A program made the translations under genes and the position numbers. The notes beneath the pieces were generated by a model, which had not been told where the DNA came from, made no database searches, and worked only from the letters and a program-made list of their open reading frames with translations. From Candidatus Eremiobacteria bacterium (GTDB taxonomy: Bacteria > Vulcanimicrobiota > Vulcanimicrobiia > Vulcanimicrobiales > Vulcanimicrobiaceae), in assembly GCA_963758295.1 (NCBI GenBank), contig CAVWUU010000002.1, positions 160,001-224,000 of the forward strand: DNA of 64,000 nucleotides, given 5' to 3'. Positions 1-10,304 of this stretch are shown piece by piece; position 1 is the stretch's first letter; the number at the start of each line of letters is the position of its first letter.

Positions 1-521
1 ATCGAATCGCCGCTGCCGGGCTGAAGCGCAACGAGCGTGGTTTGCGCAAGCTCGGCGATCTCGATTTCGCTTTGTCCCACGCCGACCGTTTCGATGAGAA
101 TAATGTCTAGACCAAAGGCGTCCATGAGTAACACGGCGTCGGCCGTCGCGCCGGCGACACCGCCGAGATGCCCCCGGCTCGCCATCGAACGAATAAAGAC
201 GTCGGGATCGACGAAATGCTCGGTGAGGCGAATGCGGTCGCCCAACAAAGCGCCGTGCGAGAACGGGGAACTTGGGTCGACCGAAATCACACCGACCGTT
301 TTGTTGAGCGAACGCGCTTTGCGCACGATCGCAGAAGACAGCGTCGACTTGCCGACGCCGGGCGGCCCGGTGAGACCGATGGTCGTCGCGCGTCCCGTGC
401 GGGGATAAAGACGGCGAATCAGCTCGGCGCCGCGGCCGCTTTCGGCCCACGAAATCGCGCGCGCAAGCCCTCGCGGGCGGCCGGCTTCGAACTCTTGCAG
501 CAGGGCGTTCAAGGTGTCCAT
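1..521 (-). CDS. meaB: Methylmalonyl-CoA mutase-associated GTPase MeaB/ArgK (3' end runs off the window)
   Basis: Own translation of the minus strand from ATG at 521: MDTLNALLQEF...GLTGPPGVGKST (Walker A)...VFIRSMASRGHLGG...IIETVGVGQSE-like motif. Not in the ORF track. Confidence 0.9.
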   Translation of the reverse strand, partial: MDTLNALLQEFEAGRPRGLARAISWAESGRGAELIRRLYPRTGRATTIGLTGPPGVGKSTLSSAIVRKARSLNKTVGVISVDPSSPFSHGALLGDRIRLTEHFVDPDVFIRSMASRGHLGGVAGATADAVLLMDAFGLDIILIETVGVGQSEIEIAELAQTTLVALQPGSGDS

Positions 522-574
522 CGAGCTTGTCAAAGTATCGGGAGGTTTGCGAGCCTCGCTGCGGCGCCCCTTCC

Positions 575-1285
575 CTACGGGGCGCTTACGTCGACGCCGC
601 CGTTCGATGTAGCAATCGACGCGGTGCCCGGCCCGCCGGCTTTTGCAAACGGATTGACCGTTCCGCCGTTGGAAGTTTGCGTCGTCACGCGCGTGTGAAA
701 ATCGGAAGGGACGCGAAGCGATACGCCGCCGTTGCTGCTGCGAATGCGGATTTGCGGCGCCCGGCCCGCGAGCGAGGCGATCCCGACGTCGACACCGCCG
801 TTCGATGTCTCGACGGTTACCACAGGACCCGCGCCGGTGACCGAAACGCCCCCATTGCTCGTTCTTACCGTCAGCGATCCGCGAACGTCTTGCACCTCCA
901 TACCGGAATTGTCCGATTCCGCCGTAACGGCAACGCCTTCGGGCACGTGGACCGTCCACCGGAGCGTCGTTCCGCTCGTCTGAATCAATCCGAAGAAGAC
1001 ACTGGAACCGGAGCCGTCGCCCGACGGGGCCACCTTCACGGTATTGCCTTCACGGGAGATGGTGGGAACGACGTGGTTTCCGTTGTTGCGCTCGGAGGTC
1101 TGCTCTACGCTCACCTCTGCTTTGCTCCAGCCGACGACTTTCAGCGCCACTGTGAGGTGATTGAAGCCGCGCGTTTCGATCGAGACGTTGCCGCCGGAGG
1201 GAACGTTCACCGGTGCCTGAGCGGCAAAGCATGAGCCGGCGGCAAAAACGAACGCCGCAACCGCCGTCAAAAGAAATCGTTTCAT
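575..1285 (-). CDS. Secreted DUF4097/adhesin-like beta-repeat protein
   Basis: Signal peptide; repeated (T/S)SNGG(V/T) beta-strand units. Confidence 0.75.
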   Translation of the reverse strand: MKRFLLTAVAAFVFAAGSCFAAQAPVNVPSGGNVSIETRGFNHLTVALKVVGWSKAEVSVEQTSERNNGNHVVPTISREGNTVKVAPSGDGSGSSVFFGLIQTSGTTLRWTVHVPEGVAVTAESDNSGMEVQDVRGSLTVRTSNGGVSVTGAGPVVTVETSNGGVDVGIASLAGRAPQIRIRSSNGGVSLRVPSDFHTRVTTQTSNGGTVNPFAKAGGPGTASIATSNGGVDVSAP

Positions 1286-1293
1286 CGTAGAGA

Positions 1294-2637
1294 GTGCTCC
1301 TTACCGAAATGCTGCAGCCGAATCAAGTCGCCGGCATCGACGCGATCGTTCGCACCGTGATGCGGGAAGCACACGTTGCCGGATGCTCGGTTGGAATTGC
1401 TCGCCGGGGCCGAATCATCTTTCTCAAGGGCTACGGCTACGCCGACGTCGCCTCGCATCGTCCGCCCGACGGCTACACCATCTACCGCGCCGGCTCCATT
1501 ACGAAGCAGTTCACGGCCGCCGCCATTTTGCAACTCGCCGATCGCAACGCGATCTCACTGGATGCGCCGCTCGGATCTTACGTGCCCGGCGTCGATCGTG
1601 CCGCAGACGTGACGATTGCGCAGTTGCTCGCGCAGCAGAGCGGCATTCCGTCTTACACCGACCCCGGCGCCAGCTTTGCCTCTACGTTGAAGGCCACGCA
1701 CGACTTTCAGCCCGGAACGGCGTGGGCTTACAGCAATACGAACTACTTCTTGCTCGGCATGCTCTTAGCGTCGCAAACGCACGAATCGTATGCGGCAACT
1801 CTGAAGCGTTCAATTTTGCAGCCGCTGCACTTAGTCTCAACCGGCTACGATATTCCACCGTATGCGACCAACGTTGCAACGGGATACCGGTACGACGCAG
1901 GCCGTTACGTTCGGCTCGAGACGGCCGGCGCGGAGGTCGATCGTGTCGGCGGCGCCGGCGCCCTTGCAACGAACGCCGTCGATCTGCTGCATTGGCTCGA
2001 TGCGCTGCAATCCGGGGACGTCGTTTCACCTCGATCCTTTGCGCGCATGACGCACCATGCGACGCTGCGTGACGGCGTTGCGACGCAGTACGGCTACGGC
2101 TTTTTCGTGCGCGACTGGTACGGCCGGCACGTCGCCGAGCATCCGGGAAACATCGACGGATTCAGCGCCGACGACGCACTCGTTCTGGACGACGGCCTCG
2201 AGATTGCGGTGCTGAGCAATGCCGATCGAGTTTCGCTCGTGCCGCTCACTAAGAGTATCGCCGCCATCGTCGATACGCCCAAAGACGCTAACATGTACGC
2301 CGATCGGCCTCGTCCGCCCGAAAATGAGAATCCGGCCGTAACGCAGACTATCAATCGGCTTATCGAGCAATTACGGCAAGGAACGCTCGACCAAAGGTTG
2401 GTGAGCCCGTCGCTCTACGCGGCGTTCACCCCGTCGAAATTGCGCGCGACTGCGGCGACCTTGACGCAACTGGGTAAACCCAGCCTCGTGGAATTCATCG
2501 AGCGGACGCAAAAAAATGGGCTTACCTACGAGAGATATCGTTTGAGTTTCGCCGCTGCGCGTCAATATTGGATGACGCTGGGATATCGCCAGGATGGACG
2601 CATTGACGCACTTACGTTCGAGCCGGACGACGACTGA
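1294..2637 (+). CDS. Serine hydrolase, beta-lactamase class C/AmpC-like family
   Basis: GSITK (SxxK), YSN and HPG motifs. Confidence 0.85.
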   Translation: MLLTEMLQPNQVAGIDAIVRTVMREAHVAGCSVGIARRGRIIFLKGYGYADVASHRPPDGYTIYRAGSITKQFTAAAILQLADRNAISLDAPLGSYVPGVDRAADVTIAQLLAQQSGIPSYTDPGASFASTLKATHDFQPGTAWAYSNTNYFLLGMLLASQTHESYAATLKRSILQPLHLVSTGYDIPPYATNVATGYRYDAGRYVRLETAGAEVDRVGGAGALATNAVDLLHWLDALQSGDVVSPRSFARMTHHATLRDGVATQYGYGFFVRDWYGRHVAEHPGNIDGFSADDALVLDDGLEIAVLSNADRVSLVPLTKSIAAIVDTPKDANMYADRPRPPENENPAVTQTINRLIEQLRQGTLDQRLVSPSLYAAFTPSKLRATAATLTQLGKPSLVEFIERTQKNGLTYERYRLSFAAARQYWMTLGYRQDGRIDALTFEPDDD

Positions 2638-2643
2638 GTACCG

Positions 2644-4050
2644 GTGAACCGTTTTCTTGCCGCGCTGCTGCTGGCGATCGCGCTCGCCGGCACGCTTCCG
2701 GCGCGCGCTCAGACGCTGATCGTTCCTCTCTCCGGTAAACGCGAACGTACGGTTCAGGCGGAGTCGCTCTTTCATACGCTTTTCCACGACTTCTTTCCGG
2801 AAGACGACGGCACGACGTACGTAGAGACGGGCGACATTCCGGCGATGTGGCTCCGTGATTCCAGCGCGCAAACTATCCCGTACATTCGCTTCCAAGTCGC
2901 ATATCCGATCCTGCGCAAGCGGTTCGCCGGCGTCATCGAACGCAACGCGCGCGCGATCGTCACGGATCCTTATGCGAATGCCTTTCAGGACGACTATCAC
3001 GTTTGGGAGCGCAAATGGGAGATCGACTCGCTTGCGTGGCCGATTCTTCTCACGCAGGTTTATATCGATGCGACGCATGACCATACGATTTTCACCACCG
3101 CGCTTCACGCCGCGATGCGCCGCATCGTGGGAACCTACGCCTGCGAAGAACATCACTCGCGTTGCAAAGAGTATTCTTATCCGTACCACGTGTACACCGA
3201 CGACCGGTATAACGACAATACGGGACTGATTTGGGGCGCGTTCCGCCCTTCCGATGACCCGGTTCAATACCGCTTCAACGTGCCGCAGAATATGATCGCC
3301 GCGATCGCGCTGCACGACATCGTTGCGCTCGCGCTCGACGGTTATCACGACCAATTGCTTTCCAACGAAGCGCTCGCGGTGGAGAAACGCGTCGACGCGG
3401 GCATTTGGGAGTACGGGCGGTATTTCGACGAGAAGCGCGGGACGTGGATCTACGCGTTCGAGACGGACGGAAACGGCCGCTACAACATGATGGACGACGC
3501 CAACATCCCAAACCTCACGACGCTCCCGTATATCGATTGGTGCTCGGCCTTCGATCCCACGTATCTCGCGACACGCAGTTTTACCTTGAGCAAACAGAAT
3601 CCGTGGTATTTCACCGGTCGCTACGGATCGGGATTAGGCAGTCCGCACACACCGTACGGATTCGTCTGGCCGCTCGGCATCATCGGGCGCGCGCTAACCT
3701 CGACGTCGTCGAACGAAGTGCTCGAAGCCGTAACGACGCTCGCCGAAACCGACAGTGAAAACGGAATGATTCACGAGAGCTTTTATCCCGACGGTTATTG
3801 GCGCTACACTCGCCAGGAATTCGGGTGGGCTAATGCCCTTTACGCTGAACTGCTGTTCCGCTCGTTAGCGGGACTGTCAGCGACGGATTTCGTTACAGGC
3901 GGCCGAACCATGTCGCCCCTCGAGCCGCGAAGCCAAACGCCCGTGCTCGTTCCGGAGACGTCGCAGCTAGCAAATTCGGCCGATCTTTTCGAAGCGTTAG
4001 GGCGCTTACTCTATGCCGGGCGGGACGCGGCGATCAATCAGGCGCCGTAA
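2644..4050 (+). CDS. Secreted glycoside hydrolase family 125 (exo-alpha-1,6-mannosidase-like)
   Basis: TGDIPAMWLRDS, ERKWEIDSL, FRPSDD, DDANIP, GSPHTP, WANA motifs; signal peptide. Confidence 0.88.
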   Translation: MNRFLAALLLAIALAGTLPARAQTLIVPLSGKRERTVQAESLFHTLFHDFFPEDDGTTYVETGDIPAMWLRDSSAQTIPYIRFQVAYPILRKRFAGVIERNARAIVTDPYANAFQDDYHVWERKWEIDSLAWPILLTQVYIDATHDHTIFTTALHAAMRRIVGTYACEEHHSRCKEYSYPYHVYTDDRYNDNTGLIWGAFRPSDDPVQYRFNVPQNMIAAIALHDIVALALDGYHDQLLSNEALAVEKRVDAGIWEYGRYFDEKRGTWIYAFETDGNGRYNMMDDANIPNLTTLPYIDWCSAFDPTYLATRSFTLSKQNPWYFTGRYGSGLGSPHTPYGFVWPLGIIGRALTSTSSNEVLEAVTTLAETDSENGMIHESFYPDGYWRYTRQEFGWANALYAELLFRSLAGLSATDFVTGGRTMSPLEPRSQTPVLVPETSQLANSADLFEALGRLLYAGRDAAINQAP

Positions 4051-4754
4051 CGGCGCTGCCGGTCGCCGAACGTCCGCACCGCTTCCGCGAAATGTTCCTC
4101 GGTAAAATCCGGCCACATGACGGGCAGCGTAAGCAGTTCGGTATAGGCGAGCTGATAGAGTAAAAAATTCGAAACGCGTTGCTCGGCGCCGGTGCGAATC
4201 AACAAATCGGGGTCCGGCGCATGCGGTGCGTACATCTTCGTGCGAAGCATCGCTTCATCGACGTCGTCGGGATTGACATGGCCGGCAGCCACTTCGCGTG
4301 CAATCGCGCGCGTTGCTCGTAAAATTTCGTCGCGTCCGCTATAGTTCAAGGCAAGCGTTAGAGTAACGCGGCGGTTGTGCGCCGTCGACTTAACGAGATC
4401 GCGCAGGGCCATGCGGGCGGGAAATGCAAACGCGTCCAGTTCGCCGATTACTTCAACGCGAACGCCTTGCTTCACGAGCGACGACTTTTCGCTCTGCGCG
4501 CACGCCGCGTACAGTTGCATAAGCAGCGAGACTTCGCCCGATTCCCGGTTCCAGTTCTCCGTGGAGAATCCGTAGACCGTAATGCGGCGAACGCGCGCAT
4601 TCGCAGCAGCTCGAACGCTGGCTCGGAGGGCATCGATACCTCGCCGGTAGCCCTCAGCGATGGGTAAACCGCGCATCCGCGCCCAACGGCGGTTGCCGTC
4701 CATAATGATGGCCACGTGTTCCGGAATGGTAACGACGGCGGGAGCCTGCATCAT
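4038..4754 (-). CDS. uppS: Polyprenyl (undecaprenyl) diphosphate synthase, cis-prenyltransferase
   Basis: HVAIIMDGNRRWA, FSTENW, NYSGR, DLLIRTG..RVSNFLL motifs. Confidence 0.92.
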   Translation of the reverse strand: MMQAPAVVTIPEHVAIIMDGNRRWARMRGLPIAEGYRRGIDALRASVRAAANARVRRITVYGFSTENWNRESGEVSLLMQLYAACAQSEKSSLVKQGVRVEVIGELDAFAFPARMALRDLVKSTAHNRRVTLTLALNYSGRDEILRATRAIAREVAAGHVNPDDVDEAMLRTKMYAPHAPDPDLLIRTGAEQRVSNFLLYQLAYTELLTLPVMWPDFTEEHFAEAVRTFGDRQRRYGA

Positions 4755-4759
4755 GCTTT

Positions 4760-4776
4760 ACTTTGTAGCACAAAGT
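4760..4776. promoter_or_regulatory. Perfect inverted repeat, candidate operator
   Basis: ACTTTGT-AGC-ACAAAGT, 5 bp upstream of the uppS start. Confidence 0.5.
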
Positions 4777-4851
4777 GATTTCCGCCGCAAGGTGATAGGG
4801 GTCCTAATCCCCGGAGGCCCGGCTGGGCCGCGCAATTAACCATCACGCGTC

Positions 4852-7800
4852 ATGACGCAAGGATATTACCGGTTCCCCACCATTTCCGGGGACACGCTCG
4901 TCTTCGTCTGCGAGGACGATCTCTGGAGCGTGCCATCCGGCGGAGGCGTTGCAAAACGCCTTACGGTGAGCTTCGGTACCTGTCTGACGCCGCGGCTTTC
5001 GCCCAGCGGCGATTGGATCGCATTTATTTCGAACGATGACGGCAACCCTGAAGTCTACGTGATGCCCTCTGCGGGCGGCCAGCCTCGGCGCCTGACCTTT
5101 CTCGGCTCGACCATCGCGCAGATATGCGGATGGAGCGCCGACGGTCGCGACATCCTTTTCGTCGCAAATCCGCGATCTTGGTATGAAGGCGAAACGCGTC
5201 CCTTTAGCATCCCGGCCGACGGCGGTGAACCGCGCGATTTACATCTCGGCCACGGACGCTCGTTTTCGAAGGGCGCGAACGGCACGGTGCTCGGGCGCAA
5301 CGCAACCGATCCGGCGCGGTGGAAACGGTATCGCGGCGGAACGGCCGGTGAAGTTTGGATCGACGCGCACGGAAACGGCGAGTTCGAACGTCTTGGGTTG
5401 CCGGACGGAAACCCGACGTGGCCGATGTGGATCGGCGAGAAGATTTACTTTCTCTCCGATCATGAAGGCATTGGAAACATCTATTCATGCGAGTTCGACG
5501 GCACCGACGTAACGCGCTGCACGCACGAAGCTGAGTATTACGTACGCTTTCCCTCGACCGACGGCAAGCGAATCGTCTACTCGTCGGGCGGCGGGATATC
5601 GCTCTACGACGTTGCAAGCGGTGAAACGCAAGCGTTGAATATCGACACGCCTTCCGCTGAGCCGCAAACGGTTCGACGGTTCGAAGGCGCTTCGGAACAG
5701 TTGGAACATTTTGCGCCGCATCCGGACGGTACGAAGATCGCCTTCGTCTCGCGCGGACAGGCCTTCACGATGCCGCTCTTCGACGGCGCCGTAATTCATT
5801 ACGGCGACGGAAGCAAGTCGCGAATTCGTCTGACGGAGTGGCTTCGCGACGGAAAGAGCTTCGCATGCGTAACGGATCGAAACGGCTACGAACAAATCGC
5901 GACGCATCGCGCCGGCGTTTCAGAGCTGCCTAAGATCGTTACCACCTCAGACATCGGCCGGGTCACGGAACTGGCAATTTCTCCAACGAGCAACGTCGCG
6001 GCGTTCGCAAACCATCGCCACGAGCTGTGCGTCGTGGATTTGGACGACGGCTCGGTTCGCGTTTTAGATACTAGCCCCGCGCGCCGCGTGAGCGATCTTG
6101 CGTTCTCGCCGGACGGAAGGTTCGTCGCCTATGCCTGGTGGCCGGCTTCCGGCACGTCGATTATCCGCGTCGCCAAAGTCAAATCCGGGAAGGTTCGCGA
6201 CATCACGGCGCCGCTGCGCGTGGACCACTCGCCTACATGGGACCCCGAAGGAAAGTATCTCTACTTCATTTCCACGCGCGACTTCAATCCGGTTTACGAT
6301 GCCCTGCAATTCGACCTCAGCTTTCCGCAAGCGCAGCGCCCCTTCGTCGTAACGTTGCGTAACAACGTTCCGTCGCCGTTCGTCCCGTTGCAGAAGCCGA
6401 TTCATCGCGAACACGATCACGAACACGAACACGATCACGACGAGAAGAAAGACGGGAAAGGTGATAGCGTTCGCATCGAAATCGACTTCGACGGCATTCA
6501 AGGCCGCGTGCTGGCCTTTCCGGTCGAAGAGGGCGAGTACCAGCAAATCGTCGCGGTGAAGAACCGCGTGTTATACACCCGTTTTCCGGTGCACGGCATC
6601 AAGCCGGCCGGCCGCGACGACGATGATGAGGAGTCGAACGGCACGCTGCTCGCATACGATTTCGACCAATTGCGTCAGGCGACGATCGCGACCGACTGCG
6701 CCGAGTTGCGCTTAGGCAACGACGGTCACACGCTGGTGTACCGCTCCAACGAACGTCTGCGCGCCATCGATGCGCTCAACGATATTCCCGAAGACGAGCC
6801 CGAAAAACCCTCGCAAGATTTTGGCCGCAAGACCGGCTGGATCGACCTGGATCGCGCGAACGTCGAAATCGTCCCACGCGATGAATGGGCGCAGATGTAC
6901 CGCGAAGCGTGGCGTCTGCAGACCGAGCAATTCTGGGTCGAAGATATGAGCGACATCGACTGGGATCGCGTCTACGATCGCTATAAGGCGGTGCTGCCTC
7001 GCGTCCGCACGCGGACCGAGCTTTCGGATTTGATTTGGGAAATGCAAGGCGAACTCGGAACGTCGCATGCATACGAATACGGGGGCGATCATCGCGTGCC
7101 GCCGCAGTACCAGCGCGGCTTCCTCGGCGCCGACATCGCGTGGGACGCGGATCGAAATGGCTATCGGATCGCGCGCATCTACCGCGGCGACTCGTGGAAT
7201 CGCGATTCGGATTCACCGCTCGCGGAGCCGGGACTCGACATTCACGAAGGCGACGTCCTCGTAGCAATCGGCGGCAAACGCCTCTCGCAAGAGGTTACGC
7301 CCGACCGCCTTTTGATCAACGCCGCAAATAAGGACATTTCGATCACGCTGCAGACAAGCAAAGGCGAAGAACGGACGGTCCTCGTCAAAGCATTGGCAGG
7401 TGAAACATCGTTGCGCTATCGCGCGTGGGTCGAAGGCAACCGCAAGTACGTCCACGACAAAACGAATGGCCGCGTCGGTTACGTGCATATTCCCGACATG
7501 GGACCGTGGGGATTCTCCGAGTTCCATCGCGGCTATCTCAGTGAGTTCAATCGTCAAGGTTTACTCGTTGACGTTCGCTACAACCGGGGCGGTCACGTCT
7601 CTCCTTTGCTGCTCGAGAAGCTTGCGCGTAAACGCGTTGGTTATGATACGCCGCGTTATGGAACCGCAATCCCGTATCCGCCGGAATCGGTGGGCGGCCC
7701 GATGGTCGCGATGACGAATCAGTTTGCGGGTTCGGACGGCGACATCTTCAGCCACTGCTTCAAGCTCTACAAACTCGGCCCGCTCGTCGGCAAACGCACG

Positions 7801-8085
7801 TGGGGCGGCGTCATTGGGATCGAACCGTACCACCACCTCGTCGACGGCACGCTCACGACGCAACCGGAATATTCTTTCTGGTTCATCGACGTGGGCTGGA
7901 AGGTCGAAAACTACGGCACCGATCCTGATTACGACGTGGACATCGCACCTCAAGACTATCGCGACGGCCACGACCCGCAAATGGATTTCGCGCTACGCCT
8001 CATGGACGGCGCACTCGAATCAGCGCAAGACCTACGGCCCGACCTCAGCACCCGCCCTTCACTACCCCTGCCTACCCTGGTGTAG
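4852..8085 (+). CDS. Tricorn protease homolog (S41 family)
   Basis: WKRYRGG, beta-propeller repeats, GELGTSH, PDZ, DVRYNRGG, AGSDGD, GKRTWGG. Confidence 0.93.
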   Translation: MTQGYYRFPTISGDTLVFVCEDDLWSVPSGGGVAKRLTVSFGTCLTPRLSPSGDWIAFISNDDGNPEVYVMPSAGGQPRRLTFLGSTIAQICGWSADGRDILFVANPRSWYEGETRPFSIPADGGEPRDLHLGHGRSFSKGANGTVLGRNATDPARWKRYRGGTAGEVWIDAHGNGEFERLGLPDGNPTWPMWIGEKIYFLSDHEGIGNIYSCEFDGTDVTRCTHEAEYYVRFPSTDGKRIVYSSGGGISLYDVASGETQALNIDTPSAEPQTVRRFEGASEQLEHFAPHPDGTKIAFVSRGQAFTMPLFDGAVIHYGDGSKSRIRLTEWLRDGKSFACVTDRNGYEQIATHRAGVSELPKIVTTSDIGRVTELAISPTSNVAAFANHRHELCVVDLDDGSVRVLDTSPARRVSDLAFSPDGRFVAYAWWPASGTSIIRVAKVKSGKVRDITAPLRVDHSPTWDPEGKYLYFISTRDFNPVYDALQFDLSFPQAQRPFVVTLRNNVPSPFVPLQKPIHREHDHEHEHDHDEKKDGKGDSVRIEIDFDGIQGRVLAFPVEEGEYQQIVAVKNRVLYTRFPVHGIKPAGRDDDDEESNGTLLAYDFDQLRQATIATDCAELRLGNDGHTLVYRSNERLRAIDALNDIPEDEPEKPSQDFGRKTGWIDLDRANVEIVPRDEWAQMYREAWRLQTEQFWVEDMSDIDWDRVYDRYKAVLPRVRTRTELSDLIWEMQGELGTSHAYEYGGDHRVPPQYQRGFLGADIAWDADRNGYRIARIYRGDSWNRDSDSPLAEPGLDIHEGDVLVAIGGKRLSQEVTPDRLLINAANKDISITLQTSKGEERTVLVKALAGETSLRYRAWVEGNRKYVHDKTNGRVGYVHIPDMGPWGFSEFHRGYLSEFNRQGLLVDVRYNRGGHVSPLLLEKLARKRVGYDTPRYGTAIPYPPESVGGPMVAMTNQFAGSDGDIFSHCFKLYKLGPLVGKRTWGGVIGIEPYHHLVDGTLTTQPEYSFWFIDVGWKVENYGTDPDYDVDIAPQDYRDGHDPQMDFALRLMDGALESAQDLRPDLSTRPSLPLPTLV

Positions 8086-8128
8086 CTGCGGCGGGGATAT
8101 CGCATTGACGCGGATGCGAGGCGAGCGC

Positions 8129-10090
8129 TCAGCGTAAGTAAGTAGAGTACCAGTTCAGGGTTTGTTCGAGGATGTCGATTTGGTTGGAAGGGCGGCGTGG
8201 GCCGTGGCCTTCGTCGGCGTAAACGACGAGTTTCGTAGGGACGCCGAGGGTCTTCATTGCATGCCAAAACTCGAAGGCTTGCGGCGCGGGAACTTCTTCG
8301 TCGCGTTCGCCCTGGAGAATGAGGACCGGCGTCTTCGATGCTTTGATGAACGTAATGGGCGAGCTCTTGGCGTAGACGGCGGGGTCGTCGTAGACGGAAG
8401 CACCGAAAAACGGAATCATCCACTGGTCGATTTTGTTTTGACCGTAGTACGATTGCCAGTTTACGATGCCGGCGCCGGCGACGATGGCCTTGAAGCGACG
8501 TGTTTGCGTTTCGGCCCACATGCCCATGTAGCCGCCGTAGCTCCATCCCCAGAGCCCCAGACGATGCGCGTCGATCGATGCATCTTTACTTGCGGCATCG
8601 ACGCCGGCGAGGTCATCGCGCCAATCGCCGTAGCCGAAATCTTTGACGTTTGCAGACGTGAATTTCTCGCCTTGGCCGTAGCTGCCGCGCGGATTCGGTT
8701 CGAACACGAAGTAGCCGTTGCTCGAAAGCGCGGCGATAGTGCGATTTGCGAAGCCCGGAAGCGACTCGGACGACGGACCGCCGTGAACGATCGTGATCAT
8801 CGGATATTTCTTTGCGGCGTTGTAGCCAACCGGATAAATCAGCCAGCCTTGGACGCGATAGCCGCCGCTCGTCCAATTCAACGACTTTGCGGGACCGTTC
8901 AAGGCTTTGGCACCCGCGTTCACGCGCGTGATCTGCGCCAACGCATTCGGCGCTCCCGTCCATATCTCGGGCGCGCGAGTGAACGAGGTTCTAACGAGCG
9001 CGATAGCTTTGCCGCCCTTCGCGATCGAAACGCTGCGTAAGGCTTCCTCACCGCCGACAACGATAGTACGCACACCGGTTGAAGTGTTTAGATCGACCAA
9101 ATGCATTGCGCCGTTGTCGTGCGCCGTCATGTAGATGTGCCGATCGTCGATCCAGTGTAAAGAGGACGCGGAGAGGGGCATATTCGGCGCAGCATCGACG
9201 GCCCTGCCTTTGGCCGGATCCACGAGATACACGTCGCCGCCGACGGAACCGAAATCGCTCATGATGCCGCCGATGACGGCAATGCGTTTGCCGTCGGGTG
9301 ACCACTGCGGATCGTTGATTTGGAATTTCGGCGCAAGGGCATCGTGCATCGCACCGCCGTTCACTGAAACCGTCGCAAGTTTCGCGATCCACCAGTTGTT
9401 ATCGCCGTTGCCCTTCGCGTACGTGAGCGCGGCCACTTTACCGTTCGGCGACCAATCGTATTCGTAGACGTAGTCAGAAGCGGGCGTAATCGCCTGAATC
9501 CGGCCGCTCGAAACATCAACCGTCGCAAGGCGCTGCTCGTCTACCGCCGAGCCGATAACTCCAACGTCGCGAGCGCCCGGCGCAAGGGCGCCGGTGCTGC
9601 GATGAGCGTTTTCAACGTAGAGAACCGATAACGTCGCGCCGTTCGGAAGCCAACGTAAAGCTTGCACGTTGCCATTCATCGAACCAACTTGCCGGATGTT
9701 GCCGCCGTTTGCATCAGCGAGAAAAATTTGCTGCTGCCCGGCCGAACGCGCGTCCGAAAGAAACGCCAGCTGCTTGCCGTCCGGCGACCACACCGGGTTC
9801 TCTTCATCGTAGTACTTTGCCGCAGAGCCCGCGGTGAAACGCTGGGGATCCGCGCCTTGATGCTTGAGGAAAAGCGCCAGGCGGCGCCGCGTTTCGTTCG
9901 CGCCTTGCAGATCGTTGAAGCTTTCTTGCCACGCAACCGTGTTGCCGTCCGGCGAGAGCGCGAGGTCGCCGAGCTCGCGTAACGCGAGCGTCGCCCGAAA
10001 GATTTCTTGCGTTGACGGCGAGGCGGACGCCGGAACCGCAAGCAGATTGAAGGCCGCGCAAAACGCCGCGCCGATCGTAAAACGCTTCAT
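8129..10090 (-). CDS. Secreted S9 family peptidase (acylaminoacyl/dipeptidyl peptidase-like)
   Basis: Signal peptide, PD40-like repeats, VHGGP, GWSYGG, GERD, EGH. Confidence 0.9.
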   Translation of the reverse strand: MKRFTIGAAFCAAFNLLAVPASASPSTQEIFRATLALRELGDLALSPDGNTVAWQESFNDLQGANETRRRLALFLKHQGADPQRFTAGSAAKYYDEENPVWSPDGKQLAFLSDARSAGQQQIFLADANGGNIRQVGSMNGNVQALRWLPNGATLSVLYVENAHRSTGALAPGARDVGVIGSAVDEQRLATVDVSSGRIQAITPASDYVYEYDWSPNGKVAALTYAKGNGDNNWWIAKLATVSVNGGAMHDALAPKFQINDPQWSPDGKRIAVIGGIMSDFGSVGGDVYLVDPAKGRAVDAAPNMPLSASSLHWIDDRHIYMTAHDNGAMHLVDLNTSTGVRTIVVGGEEALRSVSIAKGGKAIALVRTSFTRAPEIWTGAPNALAQITRVNAGAKALNGPAKSLNWTSGGYRVQGWLIYPVGYNAAKKYPMITIVHGGPSSESLPGFANRTIAALSSNGYFVFEPNPRGSYGQGEKFTSANVKDFGYGDWRDDLAGVDAASKDASIDAHRLGLWGWSYGGYMGMWAETQTRRFKAIVAGAGIVNWQSYYGQNKIDQWMIPFFGASVYDDPAVYAKSSPITFIKASKTPVLILQGERDEEVPAPQAFEFWHAMKTLGVPTKLVVYADEGHGPRRPSNQIDILEQTLNWYSTYLR

Positions 10091-10171
10091 TCCGCGCTAT
10101 ACGACGGGCTGCCGCCAAAAGCTCCGTGCATCGCATTGCGGCTGGACCTGATAAAATTATCAGTGCATGTA

Positions 10172-10201
10172 TTGACTTATGTTTGTCGACTTTTGTATAA
10201 G
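10172..10201 (+). promoter_or_regulatory. Candidate sigma70-type promoter of aceA-aceB
   Basis: TTGACT-N18-TATAAG in an AT-rich intergenic region. Confidence 0.5.
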
Positions 10202-10304
10202 GGTATAGCAGTCCAACGATTCGCCGCAAGCCATCCAATTGCACCGGTCCAATGTCGTCCAAGAAGCATCCAATTATACTTTCGGAATGTGGAGGGATAC
10301 GTAC

